In this document: piece by piece, positions 1 to 11,078 of the stretch | How positions within the stretch are numbered: position 1 is the stretch's first letter | Layout: each line of letters starts with the position of its first letter | Assembly (NCBI RefSeq): GCF_000142905.1 | Contig: NW_013657642.1 | Coordinates: 131,851-195,850 of the forward strand | Origin: Thecamonas trahens ATCC 50062 | Taxonomy: Eukaryota; Protista; Apusomonadida | Direction: 5' to 3' | DNA: 64,000 nt | Translations under genes and position numbers: made by a program | The notes under the pieces: model-generated | Told to the model about the DNA's origin: nothing | Seen by the model: only the letters and a program-made list of their open reading frames with translations | Database searches by the model: none

Positions 1-1264
1 GACGAGCTCGGCATGCCGCACCGCGGGCCCGAGCCAAGGAACCGAGATGTCGTTGCCGATCTTCATGGCCGAGACGGCAAGCGTGTTGAGCGCACCCGAG
101 ACCTCAACCATGGCGTCGTGGGCGGCAAGAGCCTCGAACTTGTTCGGCGCGGTCTGGAACGGGAGCCCCGTGAGCTCGGCAATCTCGGCAGCAACTTCGA
201 CGTCAAAGCCCTCGGTGGTGTTGAGCCCGGTTCCGACCGCCGTCCCGCCCTGCGCCAGGTACATCAGCCGCGGGTGCATGGCGACGGTGACTCGGGCAAT
301 CGCGTTGCGGACCTGGACGGCGTAGCCCGAAAACTCCTGCCCCAGTGTCAGAGGCGTGGCATCCATGGTGTGGGTCCGCCCGATCTTGACAATGTTGCTC
401 CAGGCCTCGGCCTTGGCCTCGAGCTCGGCAGCTAGCTTCTCGAGAGCCGGCAGGAGCTTTGCGTCGAGGGCGCGGGCGGCAGCAACGTGCATGGCGGTGG
501 GGAACGAGTCGTTGGACGACTGCGCCTTGTTGACGTGGTCGTTGGGGTGGACCGGCGTCTTGGAGCCGCGCTCGCCGCCGAGGATCTCGATGGCGCGATT
601 GGAGATGACCTCGTTGACGTTCATGTTCGACTGAGTGCCAGAGCCCGTCTGGAAGATGGCCAGCGGAAAGTGGTCGGCGAGCGTGCCATCGATGATCTCG
701 TCAGCAGCAGCCTCGATGGCCTTGCCCACCTCCTCGCTCAGCCTGCCGTGGCGGGCGTGAACCCTCGCGGCAGCCTTCTTCACAAATGCCAGGCCCTGAA
801 CAAGCTCAAACGGCATGGCATGGCGCGGAAGATCGATGTCAAAGTTGCCCAGCGACCGCTGAGTCTGTGCGCCCCAGTATGCCCACGACGGCACTTTGAC
901 CTCTCCCAGCGAGTCCGTCTCCACACGAACAGCTCCCGACCCAGCCTCGGCCTCGGTCCCTGGCAGCGGCTTGGTCGACGCCACGGGCAGGCTTCCAAAG
1001 AACTCAGCGGCAGAGGCAGACATCCTACGTGTAAACAGGAGATGAGTGGAGCTGGTGATAGTGTGGCAGTGGGAGGAGGAGGAGGAGGGGCCGTGGCAGC
1101 ATGTCATTCGCTCGCGACCTGTCCCGACCTGACCCAAGGCAGGCAGGGGCCGGGGATGGGGGTGGGGATGGGGGTGGGGGTGCGTACAGTGTGCGGGTGA
1201 GGATGATAAGAGAAGGGCGGGAGGTCCGGAGAGTGTGAATGGCAGTCTGACTGGCGCTCCACAT
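1..1264 (-). CDS. FH: Class II fumarate hydratase (fumarase), 3' end beyond window start; exon1 1264-1188, intron 1187-1025, exon2 1024-1
   Basis: Not in the ORF track as such. Manual translation gives [97 protein letters not shown] and [18 protein letters not shown]...CGTAG intron joins [26 protein letters not shown] in frame to MSASAAEFF. Apparent compensating indels near positions 45 and ~14. Confidence 0.96.
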
Positions 1265-1376
1265 GTAGTAAGGTGGTGACGATGGGCTGTGTGGGCAGAG
1301 GGACGGTGTGGTGGAAGTATGTGCCACGGGCGGAAGGCGGACGGTAGGCAGCGATGGCGACAAAGGGATGTGGCTG

Positions 1377-3266
1377 TTATTGGTTTGGTCTGCTTCCGTC
1401 GACAAAGCAAAGGGAAAAGACCGAGGGCACGGTGCGGCCGAGGACGTGCGGGTCGGCGTCGGGGACGACGATGGCGTAGGCAATCTCCTCGATCGAGTTG
1501 AGGACGTCACGGTCGGCGATGGCGCGAGCAGCCGGCGAGGCGGCAGACGCGGGCGGCAGCGCGCGGAGGATGTCGTCTTTGGCCAGGTACTCGATTTCCG
1601 ACGTTTCCGGGTCAGGATAGTAAAAGATCTCGTGAGCACGGCCGGCGGTTGTGCGCGGGCCGTGGAGGATGTGGCGAGCGATAGCGGCAGTCTGGATGAG
1701 GCGCGGGTGCCACTTGGCGTAGGTGAGGTCTCGCGGGCGGGTGAGACCAAGCGGCGCCAGCGCGGCGTCGACCCAGGCGGCAAAGAGAGACTCTAGCTCG
1801 TGGCGCGCGTCGAGGTCTGTGGGGAGGACGGCGAGCTCGATGAGCCGCTCGATCCCCGGGGCGGCGAGCATGGCGGCGGTTGTTGATGAAGCCTCGCTGC
1901 ACACGCGCTTGACGCCGGCGTGCTTGGGCGAAGAGTCAAAAAGCGCGGCGTAGCGGGAGGGGTAGAGCGAGGCAAGGAGCGAGGCAGCGGATGCAGGGTC
2001 ACCGGTGTAGAGGCCGGCGTGAATGGCCGAGTAGAGCGAGGCAAGAACGACGCGGGCCTCGACCGAATCGAGCCACTCCATCTCGAGCGGGAGTGGTAAT
2101 CGGCGGGAGATCCACATCAGCTGCATGGCCCATGAGTTGCACCAAAAGTTGACCGAGATTGACGGAGTGTCGGCGACGACGTGGTGGAACCAGTACGCCG
2201 GCATGAGGAGCAGATCGCCCGGTTCGAGCGGGGCGCGGAAGGTAAAGGCCGAGGCCGGCAGCTCCTCGTCGGAGATGGAGCGATACGACTCGTGAAGGCG
2301 CGGGAAGAGTGGAAAGTCGGCGGTGGGCGGAGCAAGGTAAAAGGTCTTGCGGCCGTACATCTGGGCGTAGATGTTGGTTGAGCCGTCGTAGTGGCCGTGC
2401 GAGGTCACGTTGGCGGTGCCCATCCAGAGGTTAGCCGAGATCTCGCGGTCGCCCTCGCAAAGGCCCGGCGAGACCGGTGCCGAGCCGAGGACGTCATAGT
2501 ATGGGGTAATGGCGTCAATAAGGCCCTTGACATAGGTGACGGTGGCCGAGTCGAGCGAGCCGCCGGCAAAGGCCACGTCCGGGTCAAGCTGGAGCGGGCC
2601 GGAGAAGAAGCGGTGCGGCGCGCCCGGAAGCGGGCTGCCGGCCTCTTCGGCGCGCATCTGGGCCACCAGCTCGGCGGCGGGAAAGAGAAAGTTTTGCACA
2701 GTGGCGATCGAGGTACGCCAGTGCGGCGAGCCGAGCAGCGGCTTGTCGCCGTTGCGGTAGAGGAAGACGGACGAGTCCGCCTTGTCGTAAACCTGCGGCA
2801 GCTCCGGAATGAGGCGGGCGATGGTCTCAGGACTCCACTCGCGCGGCGCTGACCAATCGGCCTCCATAAGCGGGTGCCCGCGGACGATGATTGGCTCTGC
2901 CAGGGCGAGGACGAGATCGGAGAGCTTGGTAGCAATGGCGGCAGCGTCGGGTCGTGCGCCTCCGGGCCAGGGCGCGCAAAGCGGATGATGAGCAAACTCC
3001 GCATCGTCTTCACTCAGCACATCGGCCAGCTCGGGCGCCCACCATGCCCGCGGATTGTCTGCCCACGGCGCAGATGCGTTGGCCAGCGGCAGATCGTCTA
3101 CCGCCAGCGGCCAGGTCAGGATCTTGACCGACGGCGGGAGGCCGGTCGTCTCAGAGCCAAACGGGTAGCCACGGTCAGCAGCTGCTAGAGCAGGCGCCAT
3201 GGCGAGGACAATAGCCATGGCCATGGCAATAGCCAGGGCTACGGTCGAGGCGGACGACTGAAACAT
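1377..3266 (-). CDS. JmjC/cupin-like (Cupin_8) 2OG-Fe(II) hydroxylase with N-terminal signal peptide or anchor
   Basis: [37 protein letters not shown] (HxD) and [17 protein letters not shown] (distal His). Hydrophobic N-terminus [30 protein letters not shown]. Start chosen as the first ATG after the gap. Confidence 0.85.
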   Translation of the reverse strand: MFQSSASTVALAIAMAMAIVLAMAPALAAADRGYPFGSETTGLPPSVKILTWPLAVDDLPLANASAPWADNPRAWWAPELADVLSEDDAEFAHHPLCAPWPGGARPDAAAIATKLSDLVLALAEPIIVRGHPLMEADWSAPREWSPETIARLIPELPQVYDKADSSVFLYRNGDKPLLGSPHWRTSIATVQNFLFPAAELVAQMRAEEAGSPLPGAPHRFFSGPLQLDPDVAFAGGSLDSATVTYVKGLIDAITPYYDVLGSAPVSPGLCEGDREISANLWMGTANVTSHGHYDGSTNIYAQMYGRKTFYLAPPTADFPLFPRLHESYRSISDEELPASAFTFRAPLEPGDLLLMPAYWFHHVVADTPSISVNFWCNSWAMQLMWISRRLPLPLEMEWLDSVEARVVLASLYSAIHAGLYTGDPASAASLLASLYPSRYAALFDSSPKHAGVKRVCSEASSTTAAMLAAPGIERLIELAVLPTDLDARHELESLFAAWVDAALAPLGLTRPRDLTYAKWHPRLIQTAAIARHILHGPRTTAGRAHEIFYYPDPETSEIEYLAKDDILRALPPASAASPAARAIADRDVLNSIEEIAYAIVVPDADPHVLGRTVPSVFSLCFVDGSRPNQ

Positions 3267-3317
3267 GGATGCAGAGGGATGTGGGCTAGTGGGAGTTCGT
3301 GGGGGGGGGGGGGGGGG

Positions 3318-3444
3318 NNNNNNNNNNNNNNNNNNNNNNNNNNNNNNNNNNNNNNNNNNNNNNNNNNNNNNNNNNNNNNNNNNNNNNNNNNNNNNNNNNN
3401 NNNNNNNNNNNNNNNNNNNNNNNNNNNNNNNNNNNNNNNNNNNN
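3318..3444. other. Assembly gap (N run) flanked by poly-G/poly-C
   Basis: Directly visible. Confidence 0.99.
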
Positions 3445-3746
3445 ACCCCCCAACCCACGCGGGAGGTCTTCACCCGAAGCCCGTCAAGTCGCCGTGTTTG
3501 GACGATGCCACTCATGTACCTTGTTCTGATTGCCAGTGTTGACCGCTATGACTTGATCGCCATTGTCGCCCACATCTACCTCCATATCGCGCTCCCCACC
3601 CTTCTACTTCCATTGACCAACTCGGTTGCGACGCGAGCAGGAGGCGATGAGCCGAGACGGAGCGGGGAAGGTGGCGGGCGAGGGCGATTGGCGCACGACT
3701 ACACTCGAGGAAGGGGAGCAAGACACACAACTACGCGCACGCATTC

Positions 3747-4562
3747 ATGTCGGCTGTAGGAGGCTCAGAATGGCTGCCCGTGTGGGGCAAGCGCGAGGTG
3801 GCGCATCGGGAGACTGAGATCTGCGAGCTTGTCGAGCTGCTGGCGTTCGACCAATGGTCCGACCTGTTCAAGCCGTTCATCGCGCAGCTCGGCGCACCCT
3901 CGGCACTCTGCGGCTATCTCTCGCTGGCCAACGGAAGCGTGGCTGCTGCCGAGCTGGCAGGCGGGCCGGTGTGCGGGGTGGCGGCTGTTGATGAACTGTT
4001 GGATCGGCTGTGTGACGCGGCGGACATTGTCCCGCGGGTGGCGAGCTTCATGGAGATGGTCGCCGACAAGCGGACGGCGTACATGGCGGCGTCGGACCAT
4101 GTCTTTACCGCGCAGGAGAGGCGGGCGTACCTCGCCGACTGGGTCGCCAACTACGAGATCTCGGACGTGCTGGCACATCTTGCCCTGCCCAACCTCGTCT
4201 TTGTCCGCAACATCGAGCGCGAGCCCGAGACGTGCACCTTTGAGGAGGCAGCGCGACTGGAGGACGAGGCCCGGTTTGCCGATCTGCTCCTCTTCTTTGA
4301 CGTGTCAGGCAGGCAGCTGCGCCCGTCTGAGTTCCTAGCGGGCTACGATCCGCTGCGTCAGGTCTACGTGGTCGACTTGCTGGGCCATTTTGTCATTGCG
4401 GTGCCTGTGGTGGCGGCTCGCGGCGAGGGAGCGGGGGTGAGGCGCGTGCTGGCGATGATCAACACCTCGCGCGGGTCGTACATCGACAAGGCGATCCTGC
4501 CCCGGCTGGCGGCAGTGGTGTTTGGCGGTGCGGGTGACGATGCTCTGCAGTACGCGAGCTAG
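3747..4562 (+). CDS. Hypothetical protein, possibly a papain-fold cysteine peptidase
   Basis: 271-aa ORF with the same GC3-rich codon usage as neighbouring genes; Q..ALCGY, LGHFVI and MINTS motifs in Cys-His-Asn order. Confidence 0.7.
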   Translation: MSAVGGSEWLPVWGKREVAHRETEICELVELLAFDQWSDLFKPFIAQLGAPSALCGYLSLANGSVAAAELAGGPVCGVAAVDELLDRLCDAADIVPRVASFMEMVADKRTAYMAASDHVFTAQERRAYLADWVANYEISDVLAHLALPNLVFVRNIEREPETCTFEEAARLEDEARFADLLLFFDVSGRQLRPSEFLAGYDPLRQVYVVDLLGHFVIAVPVVAARGEGAGVRRVLAMINTSRGSYIDKAILPRLAAVVFGGAGDDALQYAS

Positions 4563-4599
4563 CTCCGAGCCCGGGATGTGTTGGCAACGTTTACGTCGG

Positions 4600-6537
4600 T
4601 TAGAAGATGGCGCCAATGAGCGAGCCACCGGCAGCCTCGCGGGCAACGATCTCATAGTACTCGTAGATGTTGGTGACGGCGAGGAGGATCGAGGTACCGG
4701 AGCCGAGGGCACCCATGAGGTCAGCCACGATGGAGAGAGCGCCGATGCACAGGCCGCCAAAGGAGGCGGCGATGGGGATGTACATGTTGAGGACGCGCTT
4801 GAGCGAGGCATCGCGGTGGCCGGGCATCGACATCCGCTGGGCCTTGAGCTGCTTGAGCACGTCGCCGGGCGTCGAGTTGGAGACGTTGATCCAAAGACGA
4901 GAGATGGCAGCGCAGGTGCCGAGGACAAAGACGATGTAGAAGACGGCGCGGAGCGGGTCAGCGACAAAGCCCGAGAGCGACTCGGGGCGCGAGATGTAGT
5001 AGGCGAGGCCGCCGACGGGCATGTTCTGGCCGCCGCGCGAGTCCATGGCCTGCCACTTGCCGAGGAGGCCGGCAATGGGGTTACCCTCAAAGCGGGACCA
5101 GAGGAGCTGCGAGATGAACATGAGGTTCGAGACAAGGGCCGACTGGAGCATGATGGGCATGTTGGCGGTGTAGAAGAGCTTGATCGGGTACGACGACTTC
5201 TGGCGGGTGCCGTCCGACGAGAGCGGGATGTTGACCTTGAAGCCCTGGAAGAAGATGACAATGAAGAACACCAGCACCGTCGCAATGAGGTTGGTGATGT
5301 TGGGCATGTATGGCCGGTTAAAGGCCTCCTTGAGCGCACGGACCTTGTCCGACCGCGTCATCATGAGGTAGAAGAAGGCCACCACCGCGCCCTCAAACTG
5401 CGTCCCGTTGCCCTGGTTGACGGCGTACGGCGAAAAGGTCTTCCACATGATGGTCTCGCACACGTTCGTCGTGACAAAGAGCGAAATGCCAGCGCCCAGA
5501 CCGTAGCCCTTCTGCAGCATCTCGTCAAGCACAATGACAATGAGGCCCGAGACAATGAGCTGGACCACAATGAGGAGCGCGTTACCCATGCCAATGTCCG
5601 ACAGGTTGCCGTACATGCCCGACGAGACGTTGGCAATGGCGTGGAGGAAGGTGATCACAATGCCCACAAGCTTCTGCGCGCCCTTGAGGAGCTCGCGCTC
5701 GCGGCGCACGTTCTGGTCAACCGAAATCAGCTTGGCGCCCGAGAGCAGCTGGATGACCAGGCCCGAGGTAACAATCGGCGTGATGCCAAGCTCCATGAGC
5801 GTACCGCGGTTGGCAGCGAGAATCATCCGCATCCAGTAGAACGGATCCGACGAAGCCGACGACGCAATGCCATAGAGCGGGACCTGGCAGCACACAAGGA
5901 AGATGAACAGCGACGCCGCCGTCCACATCAGCTTCTCGCGGAGCTGGATCTGCCGCTCCGGCGACTGCACCTCCGGCAGGAGCGGCATGAACGGCTCCAA
6001 CAGGTAGATGAGCTTGGCTGTCCCCGCACCACCACACACCACATATCCGCACCACCAACAGCGTGAGCGTCAGCACCAGCTCTCACGTGAGTCGGGAAGA
6101 GGGACACGGGGAGCCACCAGCCACAGCGGTGGGGCCGTCGCGATCGCAGCCTCGGGTCGTGGCACCCGTTGACGGGGGATGGGCACGGGGGACGAGGGAA
6201 GCTACGAGGAGGCAGGGGAAAGGCATGGAGGTGTAGTACTATGCAAATACACAGACTATGTGTGTGTGTCTCGCCTGCTCCCCCACGACTCGGCTCGGGC
6301 TAGGCCCTAGGGGGGAGGCGAGGGCCATGTGCTTCAGAGGCGAAAATAAATTGTATGCGGCGGCAACGGGAGGGCAAGGCAAGGGAGCTCAGCTGGTTTG
6401 GCCATGACAAGGGTGGCGGGACGAGGGAGTGGCATAACCAGACTCTCGTCCAATGCTAGGGATGGACGCTCATACATATACCTGCCAAATATCTACCTCT
6501 GCCTCCTCTATCCTTCTTACGTACTCTCCTTCGACAT
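4600..6537 (-). CDS. SEC61A: Protein transport protein Sec61 subunit alpha; exon1 6537-6525 (MSKE+A), intron 6524-6018, exon2 6017-4600
   Basis: [70 protein letters not shown] and [18 protein letters not shown] donor and ACAG acceptor give in-frame [14 protein letters not shown]; the exon1 placement is inferred. Confidence 0.96.
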
Positions 6538-7024
6538 GGTGACGAGTTTCCAAGTGAGGTGCCTGCCGTACCCTCGTCGGCTCCTCGCCCTCGCTGGTGG
6601 CGGGTCGTTGACGTTTCCGCCCATTGGCCAAACGGCGACCTGCCGAAAAACTATGGCTGTCACGAGGGGGCGGGGATGAGGCTTTGGCTCGATTGCATTT
6701 GAGGGCGAGGGGGGGGGGGGGGGGGGAGGATGCTGATGGAGACGTACGACAGATACAGTTGTTGCCTGCGCATACTCCTCCATACAGGCATATACATCAT
6801 ATACACCATCATCTGCCCACGTCTACCCATCGGGCCAGTGCGGCATACTGGTTGCGGCCGATGTGGTGGCCGATGTGGCACGGATTCAGGGTGCAGTTGC
6901 TGGCGCGCAGTGCTTGGCCGACAGAGATCACGGCGGGTGCTAGAGTGAGTGTGGCGAGCGAGGGCGAGAGTCTCTTGATTCGTCGTAGCGAGAGTACGAG
7001 TGATGAGAGCGAGTGGGCATGCGG

Positions 7025-7600
7025 TCAGCTGTCGCCGTCGGTGTTCAAGGCGGTGGCCATCCACTCAAGGGCGGCCGGAAGGCCCGACTCGGTGGGATCT
7101 GTGGCTGTGGCGATGGTGGGCATGATGGTCCATGTCCGCGCCTCGCCAAGGAGGTCGATGAGATCAAACTCCTCGATGATGGTGTCAACGCTGGCTGCGT
7201 GCTCCATGTCTTGCTTGTTGGCGAGGATGAGGACGGGCGCAAACTTGAGCTCAGGCTCAGCCAGTATAGTCGCGAGCTCGTCCTTGGACTCGTAGAACCG
7301 CTCCATGTCTGTCGAGTCGATGACCCAGATGAGGCCACACGACTGGATGATGTAGTGCTTCCACAGCGGGCGGACCCGCGACTGGCCGGCAACATCCCAC
7401 ACGTCAAAGGACAGCTTCTCATGCTCGATGCCGCGAACGTTGAATCCGAGCGTAGGCGTTGTCTCCACCACCTCGCCCAGCGCCAGGTTGTGGAGCACGG
7501 TGGTCTTGCCTGCTGCGTCGAGGCCCAGCATCAGCAGCCGGGTCTTCTTGCTCCCGTTGCCAAACAGCTTGCGGACGGCCCGGACGAGGACGCCGCCCAT
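7025..7600 (-). CDS. ADP-ribosylation factor (Arf/Arl) family GTPase
   Basis: MG (myristoylation site), [35 protein letters not shown] and ANKQD. Confidence 0.95.
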   Translation of the reverse strand: MGGVLVRAVRKLFGNGSKKTRLLMLGLDAAGKTTVLHNLALGEVVETTPTLGFNVRGIEHEKLSFDVWDVAGQSRVRPLWKHYIIQSCGLIWVIDSTDMERFYESKDELATILAEPELKFAPVLILANKQDMEHAASVDTIIEEFDLIDLLGEARTWTIMPTIATATDPTESGLPAALEWMATALNTDGDS

Positions 7601-8080
7601 AGTAAGAGGGGAGTATGTGAGTGTGGGGTGTGGGGTGGGGTGTGGGTTGTATGGCTGTGGGCGTGGGTGTGGTGGGGAAGGGGTGGGACGGTGGCTGTGG
7701 TTGTCGAGCGGCGGCCGGTCCGCCACCGCACTCGCCACGGCCGTCCACCACCATGGCAGACATCATCGCGACACTCATCCTCCCCCCACACACACACATC
7801 GCAAGTCACATCCACACGACCGACCGTCATCAGTTATCGGATTGGCACTGTAGATTCGGGTGATGGCTATGGCCGTGGTCGGTGACGTCATGCGGTCGAT
7901 GCGATGCAGCTGCAATCGCTTGGGCGGGAGGGGGAGTGAGGGAGGGGAGGGGTTGCCGACAACCGATGTCACTTCGGAAGGTTGGAGATGGTGTGTGGCG
8001 GAAGAAAGAAGGTACGTAGAAACTATTTGTACAAGACCTACAGTGTGTATACTCTGCTCTCCACTATACGGTTGCTTGCG

Positions 8081-9142
8081 ATGGCTGCAGCACCCGACTC
8101 GGCGCGGCTGACTCTGGAGGAGCTCCCCGTGGATGTGCTGGGCGAGGTGGCGTCGTATCTCTCGTGCTTAAGTCTGGTGGCGCTGATGGGCACGTGCCAG
8201 ACGATTCGACAGGCGCTGATGCATGATGCGCTGGTGTGGCGGGTGCGCTTTGGTGTCGCCGACTATGAGGCGTTTGCACGCGGGCTATGCGCTCCGCCTG
8301 GTACGGTAGTGGCGATATCATCGTCGAACAACCGATACACGCCGATGGAGTTGTTTGACTTGGCGGTGGTGGTACCGGGTGGGAACAGCTGCGGCGACGC
8401 GGAGAGCATCAAGCGGGCGCGGGCGTCGCGCGCGGTGGCGGACGCGCATGAAATGATCGCAATGCTCGAGGCGAGCGGAGTGGCATCCGCGGGTGCGGCC
8501 AACACCGTGGCCGTCTTCCACGACCATGTCAACGGTGGATCGTTTGTGACGCCGATGGCGGCGCATCTGGGTGCGCGGATGATGGCGGCAGCTGCCGCGG
8601 TGGGCGTATTTGTACCAGATTCCATCTACAGCCTTGCTAGGGTGGATGGGGACGACGATCCGCTCCAGCTCGGCTTGGACACGCTCGGGTACGTGCCTGG
8701 TGAGTTTCTGGCGGCGACGAGCCGCGGCCGGTACCGCTTCAGCTCGATTGCCATCGGCTCTGGGCCGCAACCGGAGCAGCTCCGATGGCGATTTGTTCTC
8801 CTTGTTCTGATGGTGCAGGCCAAGACCGGGGCGCTGTCGGATAGTCCGCAGCTTGCGGATGCCCTCCTACCACCGATGACGATGTTCTCGTCGACGCCGT
8901 CGGTGCAAGGGCAAGGGCAGCTGGACGAGCTGATGGAAGCATGCAAGTTTATGGAGTTTGTGAAGAGGGGGTGGGAGCCCGATGATGACACCACCAAGTC
9001 GATCTATGAGACGTGCACTCCCAACTGGCCGCCAAACCGCTACCTTTCCGTGCCTGTGTTTCGGGTCAGGGAGCTGGTCGAGGGCGTCGATTCGTTTCTC
9101 GAGCATGTGGTGTCCAATCTGGCTGCGCAAGAAGCACGGTAG
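8081..9142 (+). CDS. F-box domain protein with unassigned C-terminal domain
   Basis: LEELPVDVLGEVASYLSCLSLVALMGTCQTIRQALMHDALVWR matches the F-box consensus; ATG at 8081. Confidence 0.8.
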   Translation: MAAAPDSARLTLEELPVDVLGEVASYLSCLSLVALMGTCQTIRQALMHDALVWRVRFGVADYEAFARGLCAPPGTVVAISSSNNRYTPMELFDLAVVVPGGNSCGDAESIKRARASRAVADAHEMIAMLEASGVASAGAANTVAVFHDHVNGGSFVTPMAAHLGARMMAAAAAVGVFVPDSIYSLARVDGDDDPLQLGLDTLGYVPGEFLAATSRGRYRFSSIAIGSGPQPEQLRWRFVLLVLMVQAKTGALSDSPQLADALLPPMTMFSSTPSVQGQGQLDELMEACKFMEFVKRGWEPDDDTTKSIYETCTPNWPPNRYLSVPVFRVRELVEGVDSFLEHVVSNLAAQEAR

Positions 9143-9166
9143 CCGCTGAGCACAAGGATTCCTTGA

Positions 9167-9795
9167 TTACACAGCGCCAACGCGCGGCTCAAGCTCCGAG
9201 CCCGAGAGGATCTTGGGCATGTTCTTCTGCAGCGAGTCGTGGAGGGCGCGATAGGCGGAGAGAAGGAGCGAGAAGGAGACCCAGAGATTGGAAAAGTAGC
9301 GGTCGTCAAGGTCGATGATCGAGTTGATGAGGTCGGCGTTCCAGGGGCGGCGGAGAACACGGGCGACGAGCGCGCCGCGCGACTGAAAGTAGCGGTGGAT
9401 GCTGCGGAGCTGGGCAACTACGGTGGCTTCGTAGCCCATGACCTCAGTGAGGACCGTGATCTGAACGGCGACGTCAAACTGCTTGACGCGGTCGGTCGAC
9501 GACGGGACGCGGAGCTGGATCCAGTTCTTGATGGTGGCAACAGTGTCGAGGAAGACATACATCTCGTGCTTGATCTTGTCTGAGAGAGGGAGGATGACCG
9601 AGTTGACTCGGACCCGAAGCGCCTTGAGCGCCTCGGCGTCGGACCACTTTCCGTCGAGGCCGAGCATGTCTGCGGTGACCTGCGCAGCCTCGGCGTCACT
9701 CGCGCGCCACGCGGCAGGCATCTTGGGCCCCGAAAACTCGAGGGACGACGAGTCGGATGAGGCCGACGAATCGGACGACCCGGCCGAGCACGCGT

Positions 9796-9831
<36 letters not shown>

Positions 9832-10456
9832 ATGGCGAGCCAGCGCGCGAGGCAGAAGTCATGCCGGTCACATGGCCGTGCGGCGGATGCGGCGAGCCCT
9901 TGCTCGCTGACGCTGTGCGGACGAGCGACGGGCGCCGCGATGGCGACGCGCTTGGTGTCGCGGTCACCGACGGAAAGGTGCCAAACGGCTGGACCCGCGG
10001 CGACGCCGCCATAAACCGCGGCAGCGGCGACTTGAGCGCATCCTGCGCCGCGCCGGTGGTGCCGAGCGTGCCGGCAAACAGATTGCCCGACGAAGTCACC
10101 ATGTCCAGGTTGGCCTTGCGGTACTCGGCCCAGTTGGGCGCGTCGTACTGCGACGACGAGACGAGCTCGGCCATCTCGCTGATCTTGGCCGGAATAACCT
10201 CGGTAATGACCTTGGAAGCCTCTGCAGCCACAGTGGCTCGCAGCGACTCCATAAACGCCAACGCGTCGACATCCACGTCCTTCGGGCCCATCATCGGCCG
10301 CGCTCCCGCTCCCGTTCCCCCTCCAGCCGCGGCCGTACCCTTTCCGCCCCGGCCGGCCTTCTTCTTTCCCTTCTTTCCCTTACGAGCCGCCCGCCGCGCC
10401 GCCTTTTCTTCCTTGGACAGGATGCGGATGCGCCCGCCCTTGAGCACGACACTCAT
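9167..10456 (-). CDS. Proteasome activator PA28/REG (11S) family protein, divergent
   Basis: N-terminal VITEVIPAKISEM, long Ser-rich insert, then IKNWIQLRVP...VAVQ, YFQSRGALVARVLRRPWNADL and LHDSLQKNMPKI (PA28 C-terminal helices). An alternative upstream ATG lies at 10606. Confidence 0.85.
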
Positions 10457-11078
10457 GGTCTGTGTGGGTGAGTGAGGTGGGTACCCAGCTGTAGCTTCCC
10501 CTGTGGTGGGGGATGGAGGATGGATGCGCCTTTGAGCCAAGTCATGCCACCACCGCCCACCGTTGCCACTGCCATTGCCATTGCCATCGCCATCCAACGA
10601 GTACATAAGGACGATGCAAGAGCGAGGGAGATTTGCTGCTTGTCATAGATCGGTCATCGACTAGATCTCAGAAAGTTTCTAGGCTTGCTCCACGAGTAGC
10701 CATCACCGCCATTGGTCATGGCGTCAGGACGCGCAAAGCTGGCGTGCGCGCCTGCAAGGCAAAGCACGGAATGGGGATCTGTCAGTGCTGGACAGATGCT
10801 TGACGGATGCCTGGATGGATGGATGGTGATCCATGGATTCATCCGCTGGCTCATCACATCCACCCACTCACACATGCGCCCCACAGATGGTCCGCTGCAA
10901 ATGCGAGGCAGCTCTCCCCCACGCCGCCACCGCTCAAGCCCCCGCCCCGATCAAGCCCCCCCCGATCAAGCCCCCTGATCATGACCCCGATCATGACCCA
11001 CCCTGGTGTCATTCCCCCCCTCCCCCGCCACACCACTCTTCCCTACACACCCAGTCACACCTCGGGGGACCAAGGAGG

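Noticed and set aside
1-50. Frameshifts in the fumarase GSGPRCG region as evidence of pseudogenisation
   Set aside because: One extra base (~45) and one missing base (~14) compensate each other near the sequence edge; low-quality sequence is more likely.
3265-3759. ORFs spanning N gaps (also 44242-45070, 49132-49783, 53680-55142)
   Set aside because: Artefacts of translating through Ns.
4522-6066. 514-aa + strand ORF, and similar long antisense ORFs (e.g. 12076-13878, 19216-20994, 51018-52457)
   Set aside because: Shadow ORFs opposite real genes. High GC3 suppresses antisense stop codons and they contain no recognisable motifs.
7025-7600. Arf WDVAGQ variant as an inactive GTPase
   Set aside because: The P-loop, switch I Thr, catalytic Gln and NKxD are intact; DxAGQ is within normal small-GTPase variation.
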